DNA of 38,851 nt from a virus (Duplodnaviria; Caudoviricetes). This document shows positions 9,310-18,466 of the stretch, piece by piece. The number at the start of each line of letters is the position of its first letter. Within the stretch, counting starts at the first letter, position 1. The notes under the pieces are model-generated. The model was not told where the DNA came from and ran no database searches. It saw only the letters and a list, made by a program, of their open reading frames with translations. The position numbers and the translations under genes were made by a program. The stretch is from IMG/VR virus record IMGVR_UViG_3300025687_000123, positions 1 through 38,851 of that record, one strand, 5' to 3'.

Positions 9310-11781
9310 TTATACCTTTGAATAATCCACTCTGAGATAGCCGTCATCGCCTATCAAGACAGCGTCAGGAATAATGTTCGCCACTTCTTGTGCGATAACA
9401 CCATAAGCAGGCTGTCCTTTGGCAATAGCCTGACCTATTTTATTCCATGACCACTTGTACCAATTTAATCCGCTAGGAGTAACGCCAACCTTTTCGATGT
9501 TTTCTTTTAGCCTTACATCCGAGGAAAGTATTGCAGCCTGAGCGCCGCCAGCGATCCCGCCGCCTCCGCCAAAGCCTCCAGCAATAGCCCCAGACAGACC
9601 TGCTTGACCGGACGATCCAAGAATTCCTTGTGTCTGCTGTACGCCGCCTAGAGCAGCAGGCCTGTATGCTGTTCCGGTTCCGGTAGCGATTCCAGAGAGT
9701 TGCCCCGCAGTACCGCCGATCAGGTTTGCCATGCCTTGTCCTGTACCTGTCTGGAGACCGGCAAGGATTGCAGCTTGTTGACCGATCAGATCCGACATGC
9801 CAGCTCCTTGCTGACCTTGCAGAGTAGAGAGTGCAGCCATCTGGGCAGCGATGTTGTTTGCGATATCTCGGCCAGCCTGCATCCTGTACGCGCCGATATC
9901 TTGTCCGGTGCCGTACTGCATCGCGGCATTTGTCAGTGCTGCCTGCAGACCGAGATCGCTCAGCTGTTGACCTGCTTGTGACGCCAGCTGAGACTGACCG
10001 AGAGCGCGGCCACTCAATATGTCGGCAAGCTGGCTACCAGCTCCTGTGAGCGTCTGTAGGCCCAGAGTTCCGCCGGTAACACCCAGTTGTCCGAGCTGCT
10101 GTCCTGCGCCTGTGAGAGCGCTCAGACCTTGCTGGCCTGCGAGAGTGCCAAGACCTGCCAGCTGCTGTCCTGTGCCGAGCTGAGACTGCGCCATCAGTCC
10201 GCGCTGTGCCGCCAGTTGTTGTGCAGCCTGAGTCTGGATATCCGCTTGAGATAGTCCGCCTTGAGCGGCAAGCTGAGCTGCAGATCCTGTGGCGCCAAGA
10301 CCTTGAGCGCCCAGAGCCTGTAGATTGGCAATCTGCTGTTGCAAGTCCTGAGAAGCCAAGCCGGTGCTGTACCGCGCCAACTCCTTCATGACGTTACCGC
10401 CGCCCACCCCGCCACGAGCAGCCGCGGTGCGAAGTGCTGCACGTTCGCCTTGCTCGCGAAGGAATTGCATCTGCGGAGACTCATTGAAAGCCTGCTGGAA
10501 TGCCTCCTGACCCAACGCGCCAGAAAGTGCCAGTTGCTGTTGGAGCGCCTGAGTGCCAGCCTGTCGGTACGGATCAAACATACCTCCAGCTTGACCAAAA
10601 GCCTGACCAACCTGCTGAGCAGCAAGATCTCTCGCCGCGGTGATATCACCGAGACCGGCACCATACTGCTGCATGGCCGCCTCTTGAGCCGCCTGCAGAT
10701 CGGCACGCGCACCACTCAGACCTTGATATAACGCACCCAGACCGGCCTGTAGACCGCCTGTGATGTCCTGTCGCGCCGCTCCCAGACCGGCACCCAGAGC
10801 GCCCATACCTAATTGTGTACCAGCTCCGACAGCGCCTGTGGCCTCCTGAGCGCCTCTTTCAAGCGCCTGCTGTGCCAGGACTGCGCCTTGCAGGAAATCT
10901 TGTCTAGCCTGTTGCTCAGCTGCTGATATTGTTCCCGCCGCTCCAATAAGACCGCCAGCCAAGGCGCGTTCTGCTCCGGAAAGTCCTGTTGCTCCTGCAG
11001 ATCCTGCGCGGCCTCCTACAGCTGTGGTAGAGGCGATCCCAGAAGCAACATTGGCAGTCCCAGCTTGAGCGGACTTAGCAACTGGGGCTTTTCCTTGGGC
11101 ATACATTGCTTGAACCTGAGCCAATGGAATACCCGTTGCTCTAGAATAGTCATCTACCGATACGTCAAAAGTATCCATGTTTTGAGCAATTTGGGCGGGA
11201 GAGTCAGCCGTCTCTAGCGCGTAGCGACGAATCAAATTATCTGGAATCCCGTTTGGAAACTCTCTTCTCGCTCCTTCAGCACCTAAAGCAACGATATCCT
11301 CGATCTCTGTTAGTTCTTGTGCGCGAGTATATCTTTGCGTAGCTTCATCAATTGGATAATTGATTTTTGTGGCAATATCATTGATGTTGACATCGTTCTT
11401 TACCATCTCGCGGTAAATCTGCTGATCTGTTTTATTGCCTTCAGCAATAAAATTAGCAACCTTGTCTAAGCCTGAAAGCTCTTCTGCCACGGCCTGTTCT
11501 GCCGCTTTAACAACTTCAGCCTGAGCAGCGTTAGCTGCTGTTTGTACAGGCGTCTGAGCAGACACAGCAGTATCAAAAGCTTGCTGAGCCACGTCTCGTG
11601 GTACGTTCAGCATGTCGGCAACAGTTCCAAGATCTGCGCCGGTTCTCTGAATCATAGCCGCAATTTGTGAATGATCAGAGCTTGGATTATCCTGTACAAA
11701 CTGCACAACCAGCTCTTCTGCTGAAGGAATACCGATACCACCCAACATTCCTTCTGTGTCTATTTCTCGCATTCTGGCCAT
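9310..11781 (-). CDS. DNA transfer protein (P22 gp7-like core) with C-terminal peptidase S74 intramolecular chaperone domain
   Basis: Gly/Ala/Gln-rich; PYRQAG...SPQMQFLREQGERA...AAARGG..GGN..KEL motif; C-terminal SDVRLKENI...GVIAQEV...DGYLRVDYSKV. Confidence 0.75.
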   Translation of the reverse strand: MARMREIDTEGMLGGIGIPSAEELVVQFVQDNPSSDHSQIAAMIQRTGADLGTVADMLNVPRDVAQQAFDTAVSAQTPVQTAANAAQAEVVKAAEQAVAEELSGLDKVANFIAEGNKTDQQIYREMVKNDVNINDIATKINYPIDEATQRYTRAQELTEIEDIVALGAEGARREFPNGIPDNLIRRYALETADSPAQIAQNMDTFDVSVDDYSRATGIPLAQVQAMYAQGKAPVAKSAQAGTANVASGIASTTAVGGRAGSAGATGLSGAERALAGGLIGAAGTISAAEQQARQDFLQGAVLAQQALERGAQEATGAVGAGTQLGMGALGAGLGAARQDITGGLQAGLGALYQGLSGARADLQAAQEAAMQQYGAGLGDITAARDLAAQQVGQAFGQAGGMFDPYRQAGTQALQQQLALSGALGQEAFQQAFNESPQMQFLREQGERAALRTAAARGGVGGGNVMKELARYSTGLASQDLQQQIANLQALGAQGLGATGSAAQLAAQGGLSQADIQTQAAQQLAAQRGLMAQSQLGTGQQLAGLGTLAGQQGLSALTGAGQQLGQLGVTGGTLGLQTLTGAGSQLADILSGRALGQSQLASQAGQQLSDLGLQAALTNAAMQYGTGQDIGAYRMQAGRDIANNIAAQMAALSTLQGQQGAGMSDLIGQQAAILAGLQTGTGQGMANLIGGTAGQLSGIATGTGTAYRPAALGGVQQTQGILGSSGQAGLSGAIAGGFGGGGGIAGGAQAAILSSDVRLKENIEKVGVTPSGLNWYKWSWNKIGQAIAKGQPAYGVIAQEVANIIPDAVLIGDDGYLRVDYSKV

Positions 11782-12344
11782 TAGAAACGCCCCATTCGCA
11801 TCAGTTCACCGATATCGGCTTGTGTAAGTCCCGTACCGCCCAGTGCGTTTGCAGCAGGACTTCCCATGCGCAGCATCTGTGCCTGTTGATCTCGGTACTC
11901 AGGAGTCAGCATTCGCATAGTGGGATCGATTGTTGTCGCCTCCTGAAGATAGGCTGGATTGACCACGGCTGCAGGTAGACGCTGTTGCGTGAAGGACATA
12001 TCGTAGCTGCCTTCGTATGGCTTCAGAGCCGAGTAATCTACAGCGCTTCCCCGCATGGCCTGTTCGTACATTGGCATACCAGCCAGCAGAGCCTGCTGTG
12101 CCGCAACATTGCCTCCGGTGAATGCCTGGGCCTGCAGTGGCATGGCCTGACCGTACACATTAAGACCTGCCTGTTGTCCGGCTGTAAATGCGCCGTATTG
12201 GCTTAGCATGGACTTGCGGATATCAGCACGCGCCAGAGCCTCCTGCCGAGCAAGGAAGTCTCGAAGCAGCTGATTGCTCTTCTCTTGACGTTCGATGGCT
12301 TCGTCAGACTCGCCGCCGAATAGTATTTTGACCAATTTACTCAT
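11781..12344 (-). CDS. Small putative ejection/internal virion protein
   Basis: 187 aa, Gln/Ala-rich, starts MSKLVKILFGG, follows the GNAT gene; overlaps both neighbours. Confidence 0.55.
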   Translation of the reverse strand: MSKLVKILFGGESDEAIERQEKSNQLLRDFLARQEALARADIRKSMLSQYGAFTAGQQAGLNVYGQAMPLQAQAFTGGNVAAQQALLAGMPMYEQAMRGSAVDYSALKPYEGSYDMSFTQQRLPAAVVNPAYLQEATTIDPTMRMLTPEYRDQQAQMLRMGSPAANALGGTGLTQADIGELMRMGRF

Positions 12345-12801
12345 ATCGTGCCTCTAGTTCCTGCCTAGTCATGCCAAGCATCCACTGATCGTATATTGTA
12401 CCGTTTTTCTTGAAGGATTGGCGTATTTTGCCTTCAACCTTCATGCCGCACTGCATGGCGAATAACTTCGCGTTCGGGAAACAGGTAGCTATTTCCGCAT
12501 TGATTTTCTGGTAGTTCGTGTTGTGGCATATCCACGCGAAAAATTCATTCGCGCCTTGGTATGCCAGCTTCCCGCGGTACTTCTTCGGTATCGTGGGATG
12601 GATCTCGATGGTGATGCCGTTTCTCAGCTCCGCCATCCAGATGCCTAATACATCATCGCCTTCTTTGTGCAGGAACCAGCCTGAGTTCATGTCAGGTGCC
12701 CACTCGCTGGTAGTGAAGTCGTCTTCGCATATTTCATCAAAAACGCCATGCTCTATGATGTAGCTCTTGATAAATTCTGCGTTGACGGTTCTCGCTATCA
12801 C
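12337..12801 (-). CDS. GNAT-fold protein (P22 gp14-like position)
   Basis: EIHPTIPKKYRG and CGMKVEGKIRQSFKKNGTIYDQWMLG are RimJ/RimL-like GNAT motifs; lies between tail and ejection genes. Confidence 0.8.
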   Translation of the reverse strand: MIARTVNAEFIKSYIIEHGVFDEICEDDFTTSEWAPDMNSGWFLHKEGDDVLGIWMAELRNGITIEIHPTIPKKYRGKLAYQGANEFFAWICHNTNYQKINAEIATCFPNAKLFAMQCGMKVEGKIRQSFKKNGTIYDQWMLGMTRQELEARYE

Positions 12802-13049
12802 ACCAGTATCCAGCCTCGCGTCCTGTCTCCTGCTATACTGGGAAGCATTTTGCGATACTGTATCGCGCCAGCTCCGCCAGCTTCATCCAAGTACAAACTG
12901 TACTGCCTAGCCTCGATGACACCTTCAGGAGATCCTGTCCCGACTATCGGGATCGCCAGAGAAGCCTCCTGAGTCCACTGCCGGAAAGGCTGGCTCATTG
13001 TGCCGTTTACTTCCACGATCGGCTGTGCGACGTTCAGCTTGTACGTCAT
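12798..13049 (-). CDS. Short tail plug/needle-like protein (gp26 position)
   Basis: 83 aa directly after the gp10-like gene; GTGSPEGVIEA...SLYLD..GG.G...Y.K......GW fibre-type motif. Confidence 0.5.
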   Translation of the reverse strand: MTYKLNVAQPIVEVNGTMSQPFRQWTQEASLAIPIVGTGSPEGVIEARQYSLYLDEAGGAGAIQYRKMLPSIAGDRTRGWILV

Positions 13050-14467
13050 TGTGAAGCCTCAATGCTCGCGGTCAGTTGTATAAGAACAGGCTTTACCGGA
13101 TCGCTCATAGTGAACCTAAATAGCTCAAACCGCGATGCTCTTCCGTTCCTGCGCCAGATACACCGGTGATCATATTCACCGATACGCCCGAGGCTGCGGT
13201 ATCTGGTATCGCTCCATGTCTTGCCGTTCTTGCTCCGCGCCATACCAATCTGAGGATCCACCGAGTCGCTGTTGCCTACTCCGCTCTCAACAGTCATCTC
13301 GATCTGCGGGAGAAAGAAAGCGTCCATGTTGTTTTGGAAAGGCTGTGTGACAATAGATCTGCGAATAGGCTCTTCGTATTCGGTATAGACATCAGGATCC
13401 AGCCTGCCTATCCGGCCATCAATGATGTCGCCTGCCCAGATCTGATTGTACGCCTTGACCATGGACGCGGCGCGGTAAGCGCCAAGAAATCCACCGATAA
13501 ACGACTTTCTTTCATGCCAGCGCTTGCTGATTATGTCGTAGACCAACGTGCTGCTGGGAAGCGCAAAGCCGACAAAGTAAGCTCCTTTCTGCGCGTAGCT
13601 CCACGAATAGATATTCAATACCTGGTCTTGCGTGAGCGTGGTCAGCTCCTTGTCTATAGCCGTTGTAGAGATCTTGACTACATCGTTTCCTTGCAGCGCC
13701 CAGATCGCCGGAGATTCGTTTTGGCCGGAGCCAACAAACACGAAGGTATCCTGAATAGCTTGAATGCTGAAAGGACTCGCTATGCCTTTCGACAAGAATA
13801 GTCCTGTTCTCTGGAACGGGAAGTCAGCGCCACCGATGTTCTGGAAAGCCTCTATAGTCTGGGAGCCGCCGATAAACAGCTGGTTCTTGAATACGATAGG
13901 AGCAACAATTTCGTCAGGATCCGACTCAGCAGCACCGAAGTCTAGTGCGTTATACGACAGACCATCATTCAGAGCACTGACAATAAACTTCTTAGAATCT
14001 GTAGTAAGACAAAAATAACCATCTATATAGACTACCTGCTGCGGGTTACCGTTAGCTGTGAAGTCAGCATCCGTAATCTGAGCGAACGAATCCGTAACGT
14101 GGTTGTAAATGTAGCCGTTACCTCCAGGCGCTAAAACCAGCATCTGCGTACCATTGTCAGCCATTGATACTCTGCCAGATCCGTCTATTTGACCGTGATC
14201 TGTTAGAACATAGCTGGCTGACATACTGTATAGCTTTCCATCAATAACAAAGTAAGGCACACCGTTCATTTCATGTGCGCCACGGCAGCTACTGATGTCA
14301 CTTGCGCTAGCTACTTGTGTAAGACCTGGCGTGCCAAACAGAGTCTCCTGATTTAACGCAGGAGCCTGAGCTATATTCGGATAGAAGTTAGTGCATTCCT
14401 GCGCCGATATCGGCAGAGAATCGCTCTCATAATATCCGTTAGCTATTGGCAAAATAACCTTCGGCAT
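13046..14467 (-). CDS. Tail hub / packaged DNA stabilization protein (P22 gp10-like)
   Basis: 473 aa, beta-rich; VSMADNG, YIDGYF, AESDPD, and YRSLGRIGEY..R.IWRR.G motifs; size and synteny. Confidence 0.85.
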   Translation of the reverse strand: MPKVILPIANGYYESDSLPISAQECTNFYPNIAQAPALNQETLFGTPGLTQVASASDISSCRGAHEMNGVPYFVIDGKLYSMSASYVLTDHGQIDGSGRVSMADNGTQMLVLAPGGNGYIYNHVTDSFAQITDADFTANGNPQQVVYIDGYFCLTTDSKKFIVSALNDGLSYNALDFGAAESDPDEIVAPIVFKNQLFIGGSQTIEAFQNIGGADFPFQRTGLFLSKGIASPFSIQAIQDTFVFVGSGQNESPAIWALQGNDVVKISTTAIDKELTTLTQDQVLNIYSWSYAQKGAYFVGFALPSSTLVYDIISKRWHERKSFIGGFLGAYRAASMVKAYNQIWAGDIIDGRIGRLDPDVYTEYEEPIRRSIVTQPFQNNMDAFFLPQIEMTVESGVGNSDSVDPQIGMARSKNGKTWSDTRYRSLGRIGEYDHRCIWRRNGRASRFELFRFTMSDPVKPVLIQLTASIEASQ

Positions 14468-15312
14468 TAGTTCACAATACCCAAAATTGCATCAATCAAA
14501 ACAATATTATCTGTGCTAGTGTCGTTACCAATATAAAGCTCAATGTAATCATTTTGAGACAAGGAAACATTGAAAAACGTAGAAGCATTGGCAGACTCAG
14601 CTGCATCAACCTTTCTGGTTATTTTGCTGCCAGCTTCAACTGTTCCGTTTTTAGCAACCTGTATGAATACTTCTTGATTGTTTGAAGAAACAGGACTAAA
14701 CGTAGCACTAACGTGAACAGCAGCAACTCTCTCAGAAGTACCGTTGTAGACAATCTTTCCTGTTGTATCTCCTGTAAATCCAGACTGTATGCCAACAACA
14801 TAGGTTGCAGAAGCCTTAACGGGAGTACCAGCAGTTGATATTGTTGTTGCTCCAGTGTTTCCTTGAACACTAACCTGAGCGTATGGTTGCGCTTCAGCGT
14901 CAATCGTAACGTAGTTGCTTGTTGATGTTACGTTTATTCCGTTTCCTCCAACAATACTCGCTATATCAGGAGTTGCGTCCGTTACGTTAAGTAACAACGG
15001 AGCGCCAGTAGAATCAGCAGCAAAGTTATGCTTTAGCTCAACGCCGTTCTGAGCCGATACACTAGCCAGTATGCCAGCGCCGCTCTCTATGTTTCTGATC
15101 TTGTTTACTGTGCCATCAATGTCCAGAACAGCCGTTCCGGTAGGATCACCAGTTTGCGTGATCGATCCAGTAACACCTAGACCATTAACAAAATTTGTAT
15201 AGGTAATCTTGTAGTTTGTGCCGTTTACAAAGTAGTCCATAAACGCGCCAGACTCTACTGTGGTCTTCGCAACAAAATCGGACTTCTTCCTGCCTTGCGC
15301 TCTATCAACCAT
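14467..15312 (-). CDS. Putative accessory fibre with TNF/C1q-like C-terminal domain
   Basis: 281 aa, Thr/Gly/Val-rich; GAGI..S and GNGINVT fibre motifs; C-terminal VSLSQNDYIELYIGN; more AT-rich than its neighbours. Confidence 0.55.
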   Translation of the reverse strand: MVDRAQGRKKSDFVAKTTVESGAFMDYFVNGTNYKITYTNFVNGLGVTGSITQTGDPTGTAVLDIDGTVNKIRNIESGAGILASVSAQNGVELKHNFAADSTGAPLLLNVTDATPDIASIVGGNGINVTSTSNYVTIDAEAQPYAQVSVQGNTGATTISTAGTPVKASATYVVGIQSGFTGDTTGKIVYNGTSERVAAVHVSATFSPVSSNNQEVFIQVAKNGTVEAGSKITRKVDAAESANASTFFNVSLSQNDYIELYIGNDTSTDNIVLIDAILGIVN

Positions 15313-15790
15313 TGGTATTGTTCTCCAAGCCTATTGCACCAGTAGACTCCGCAAGGATCTCCTGCTCGCTCTCTGGATAGAAGTGTCCATTGTTCAGGCC
15401 AAGGTTATTGCCTTCATTGCCTGAGCCAATCGGAAGTGTAGATGGAAGCTTGGTTGTGGCCATGCGCTGGCCAAGAAGCCTCATAGTGTTGTAGCCGTCG
15501 CGAGCTGCTCGCTGCAGTCCGACTGATATCACGCCACCAAAATCTGGCGCTACCTCGATCGCCATGTTGGCAATCAAACCACGCAGAGCTCCTGTCGGGA
15601 TCGTTACCTCGTCACCCAGATCAGTTACCTCGGTGTATCCCAGGCTAATTCCAGCCGCGTCCAGCTCCGCCATGTAGTTATTCATGGCGAAGATAAAATC
15701 TTGATACTCGTCAGGCTCTAGCGGAGCTTCGCTGGCTTGAACGAGTATGCGTTGTAGTGATGCTTTTGCGACCTGAGCGACTGTTGCCAT
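15305..15790 (-). CDS. Head-tail adaptor (P22 gp4-like)
   Basis: 161 aa; MNNYMAEL...GISLGY, LIANMAIEVAPDFG and PSTLPIGSGN motifs. Confidence 0.85.
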   Translation of the reverse strand: MATVAQVAKASLQRILVQASEAPLEPDEYQDFIFAMNNYMAELDAAGISLGYTEVTDLGDEVTIPTGALRGLIANMAIEVAPDFGGVISVGLQRAARDGYNTMRLLGQRMATTKLPSTLPIGSGNEGNNLGLNNGHFYPESEQEILAESTGAIGLENNTNG

Positions 15791-15960
15791 TATTCGTACT
15801 TAGCTCCTTTGGCCGTTTTAGCTGAATCTTTAAATGCCTTCGCAGTAGGCGCTCCTTTGGAGCCTGCCTTGCGCATTTTCTCAGGCTTTTTGCCTGCAGC
15901 CTTCTGGGCCTTGATGCGCTTGCGTTTAGCGTGGATGTTAGCGTACAGACCTTTACTCAT
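15790..15960 (-). CDS. Small Lys-rich protein (56 aa; below the ORF-track cutoff)
   Basis: Manual translation MSKGLYANIHAKRKRIKAQKAAGKKPEKMRKAGSKGAPTAKAFKDSAKTAKGAKYE; fills the gap exactly with ATGAGTAA and TAATG overlaps. Confidence 0.85.
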   Translation of the reverse strand: MSKGLYANIHAKRKRIKAQKAAGKKPEKMRKAGSKGAPTAKAFKDSAKTAKGAKYE

Positions 15961-16216
15961 ACTTGGCTCTCATTGATTTAGCGCCTTTGCACTTCCAACG
16001 CTTGCGACTGAGATTGTTTGGAGTATTGGGATCGTTCTGCTTTTCTTTAGGCAATCCTTTTTTGATGCCTAATGATCTCGCACAATACGCGTCGCCTTTC
16101 TTGGTTCCCGCTCTAACGCGAGAGCCTCCGTCCTTTGCCTTTCCGGCCTGCCCATAGGAGACCTTCCTGCCGTCGGACGTGACTTTGACCTTTGCTTTAC
16201 CTTTTGCGGGCTTCAT
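15953..16216 (-). CDS. Small basic protein (resembles DUF6321-type proteins)
   Basis: 87 aa; KVSYGQAG, YCARS.G, NDPNTPNNLSRKRWKC motifs; ends RAKYE. Confidence 0.7.
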   Translation of the reverse strand: MKPAKGKAKVKVTSDGRKVSYGQAGKAKDGGSRVRAGTKKGDAYCARSLGIKKGLPKEKQNDPNTPNNLSRKRWKCKGAKSMRAKYE

Positions 16217-16218
16217 GT

Positions 16219-16251
16219 AAAAAAGGCGCGGGAGCCGAAGCTCCCAGCGCC
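16219..16251 (-). terminator. Rho-independent terminator after the coat gene
   Basis: Minus strand GGCGC(T)GGGAGC-TTCG-GCTCCCGCGCC-TTTTTT: C(UUCG)G tetraloop hairpin plus U tract. Confidence 0.9.
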
Positions 16252-16264
16252 AGATGCCTCAAGG

Positions 16265-17527
16265 TTATACGCCGAAGCCTTGACCCGCAAAGAGCGGATT
16301 AAAGCAAGCGTAGGCGGGGAGAAGATCGAAACGAATCTTCTGAGTGTTGGCGTCGCCGTCTGCGTACTTGGATACTCGGATGGAGAAGCCGTCACTTGTA
16401 GTAGCAATGGTGTCAGTGCTGTACAGCTTGGGCAGCTTCACAGTACCTACTCCGAATGCCTGCTTGGTATAGAACAGGTTGGGCTGGTACAGAGTAGAAG
16501 CGGCACCAAGGATAGTTACAACGTCACCGCTGGTAGGAGCGGCAGTTACGTTGTTGTACTGACCATTGGCTTCGTAGATAGCAGCACCAGATACAGTGAT
16601 AGTGGCTGCGTTACTTGCGATGGTTACATCCTCAAGAACAGTACCTGTCCACAGGACTTGGTTGCCTGCTGCGTCAAGGATCGGCTCGCGGGTTGCTACG
16701 TTCAGACGGTAAACTCCTGCGATAGTCACCATATCGCCAGCTTTGATAGTACCAGTACCCAGATTGTTCAGAGACAGAACCTGAGTCATGGTGTCCTTGG
16801 CAGTGACGTAAGTAGCGTCTGGAGTAGAAGCCAGCGCACCAGCACGGTCAGTAGTAGAGCCAGAAGTGAAGCTAGACAGCGCATTAGATGTCAGAGCCAT
16901 CATGCCGCCGAAGTTGCTAGAAATCTGAGCCTTTTCCCACGCAGTGCGTACCAGGCCGTCAGCAGCGTTCAGACCATTCTGAGCTGATGAAAGGTTGGTA
17001 GTGGTGAATGGGTTCATGATGTAATACTTCTCATCGGACATCGGAACGCCGACAGAATCCATCAGAGCGCCAGCACCGGCAACGTCGCTCCAAGCATCAA
17101 CAGCAGTGCCGTGAGTACCATACTTCAGAGAAGCGTTCTTGCGGATGAATGCACCAAGATCCAGTTCCATATCGGTAACGATACGGCGAGCCATGGGCTC
17201 AAGGATCTGATCCAGCTGGTCCAGTTCCAGAGCTTCTTCTACGTTGCCCCATTCGGTGGCAGCAGTGAAGTAGTTCTGAACAGTACCAGTTGCTTTACCA
17301 GCAATGATGTCAGACTTCGTAGAAGAGCTGATGTCACCGCCTGCAGTACGGATTGTGTTGTAGTCGTGAGGACGCTTGAAGTCTACAGTTGAACCTGAAG
17401 ACGGGTTAAATTTACCAGAGAGCAGTTGAGTATCAACAGTCTTGGTCAGTACACGAGAAGCCTCGAAAGCCTCAAGGAAGACTCTCGCGACCTTCCGAGT
17501 GACGTTGCTATTAAGATTGTTAGCCAT
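16265..17527 (-). CDS. Major capsid protein (P22 gp5-like coat)
   Basis: 420 aa, MANNL start, G.TVDFKRP, NLFYTKQAF, IRFDLLPAYACFNP motifs; GAGGTG RBS; after scaffold and before a terminator. Confidence 0.92.
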   Translation of the reverse strand: MANNLNSNVTRKVARVFLEAFEASRVLTKTVDTQLLSGKFNPSSGSTVDFKRPHDYNTIRTAGGDISSSTKSDIIAGKATGTVQNYFTAATEWGNVEEALELDQLDQILEPMARRIVTDMELDLGAFIRKNASLKYGTHGTAVDAWSDVAGAGALMDSVGVPMSDEKYYIMNPFTTTNLSSAQNGLNAADGLVRTAWEKAQISSNFGGMMALTSNALSSFTSGSTTDRAGALASTPDATYVTAKDTMTQVLSLNNLGTGTIKAGDMVTIAGVYRLNVATREPILDAAGNQVLWTGTVLEDVTIASNAATITVSGAAIYEANGQYNNVTAAPTSGDVVTILGAASTLYQPNLFYTKQAFGVGTVKLPKLYSTDTIATTSDGFSIRVSKYADGDANTQKIRFDLLPAYACFNPLFAGQGFGV

Positions 17528-17542
17528 GATTGGATCACCTCA

Positions 17543-18358
17543 TTATTCATAGGTTGCTCCTTTCACTCCGCCGACTTTCGGTCTTACTCCTGCGCCTTTC
17601 GGCGTGTCAACGGGATCTGGAGCGGCATTAACACTAGGTTTAAGTTTTCTTGCCTTCGGCATAATGGTCTGGTCAAGATACAGCAGCGCCTTGCCAAGAG
17701 GCATAGACGATAGCTTGTCCAGCTCTAGAAGATGCTCACCCAGGTACAGCGTTCCAAGACTGCCATCTTCCAGATCGATCAGATGCTCAGCGAGCATAGG
17801 ATTTATCCCAAATTGGCCAATCTTGTTTGCTGCGCTCTGGAGTTGATCGCTCTTTACGCCGAGTTTCTTCGCTCGATCTGCGTAAGCAGCTATCTTCTCA
17901 TTCTGCGCTTTTAGTGCTTCCGCTTGCTGTTGACGCTGCATTTCCAGCTTCTGGGCTTGAATAGCCTGCTGGCGTGCATCGTACTCAGCTCGCTTGGCAA
18001 TGGCCTCGTCCCGCAACCTCAATTGCTCTTGGATCTCTCGATCCGACATAGCGTAGAAGTCCGGCACATTAGGCACTTCCGGCGGAGCCTCCTTCGGTGC
18101 TTGAGCTTCCAGCTCTTCGAGTCGGCGGCGATACTCTTCAGCTTTACGCTCGGCCTCTTTTATTTTGCCGACCTTCTCGCTGATTGCCTTGTCGAATGCC
18201 TTCTGCTGCACCTCGTTGAAGCGCGGCCTAGTGGATTCGTCGTGGTCTTCACCACTATCCGTTGATGACTCGGAGTCAGTTTCCTGACCTTCAGTTTCTA
18301 CCTCTTCAAACTCAGCATCTTCGATCTGAGTCTCATCGAGAATATCATCTGGTTCCAT
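17543..18358 (-). CDS. Scaffolding protein (271 aa; start revised to ATG 18358)
   Basis: Acidic N-terminus, coiled coil, APDPV Pro-rich tail; immediately upstream of coat; AGGT RBS before ATG 18358. Confidence 0.8.
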   Translation of the reverse strand: MEPDDILDETQIEDAEFEEVETEGQETDSESSTDSGEDHDESTRPRFNEVQQKAFDKAISEKVGKIKEAERKAEEYRRRLEELEAQAPKEAPPEVPNVPDFYAMSDREIQEQLRLRDEAIAKRAEYDARQQAIQAQKLEMQRQQQAEALKAQNEKIAAYADRAKKLGVKSDQLQSAANKIGQFGINPMLAEHLIDLEDGSLGTLYLGEHLLELDKLSSMPLGKALLYLDQTIMPKARKLKPSVNAAPDPVDTPKGAGVRPKVGGVKGATYE

Positions 18359-18436
18359 CGTTATACCTACTGTAATGCCGTCAAATAAATGGTGACGTTC
18401 CATCCCGTCGAGAAAGCGCGACGTTCGCTGCGTGCC

Positions 18437-18466
18437 AATATAACATATTTTGGAAAATATCAACAA
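18437..18466 (-). promoter_or_regulatory. Putative sigma70 promoter for scaffold-coat with a palindromic operator in the spacer
   Basis: Minus strand TTGTTG-N18-TATATT with extended -10 (TGtTATATT); ATATTTT-GG-AAAATAT inverted repeat at 18445-18460. Confidence 0.55.

Noticed and set aside
18359-18466. 36-aa N-terminal extension of the scaffold in the ORF track
   Set aside because: The region holds the predicted promoter and hairpins; ATG 18358 has an RBS.
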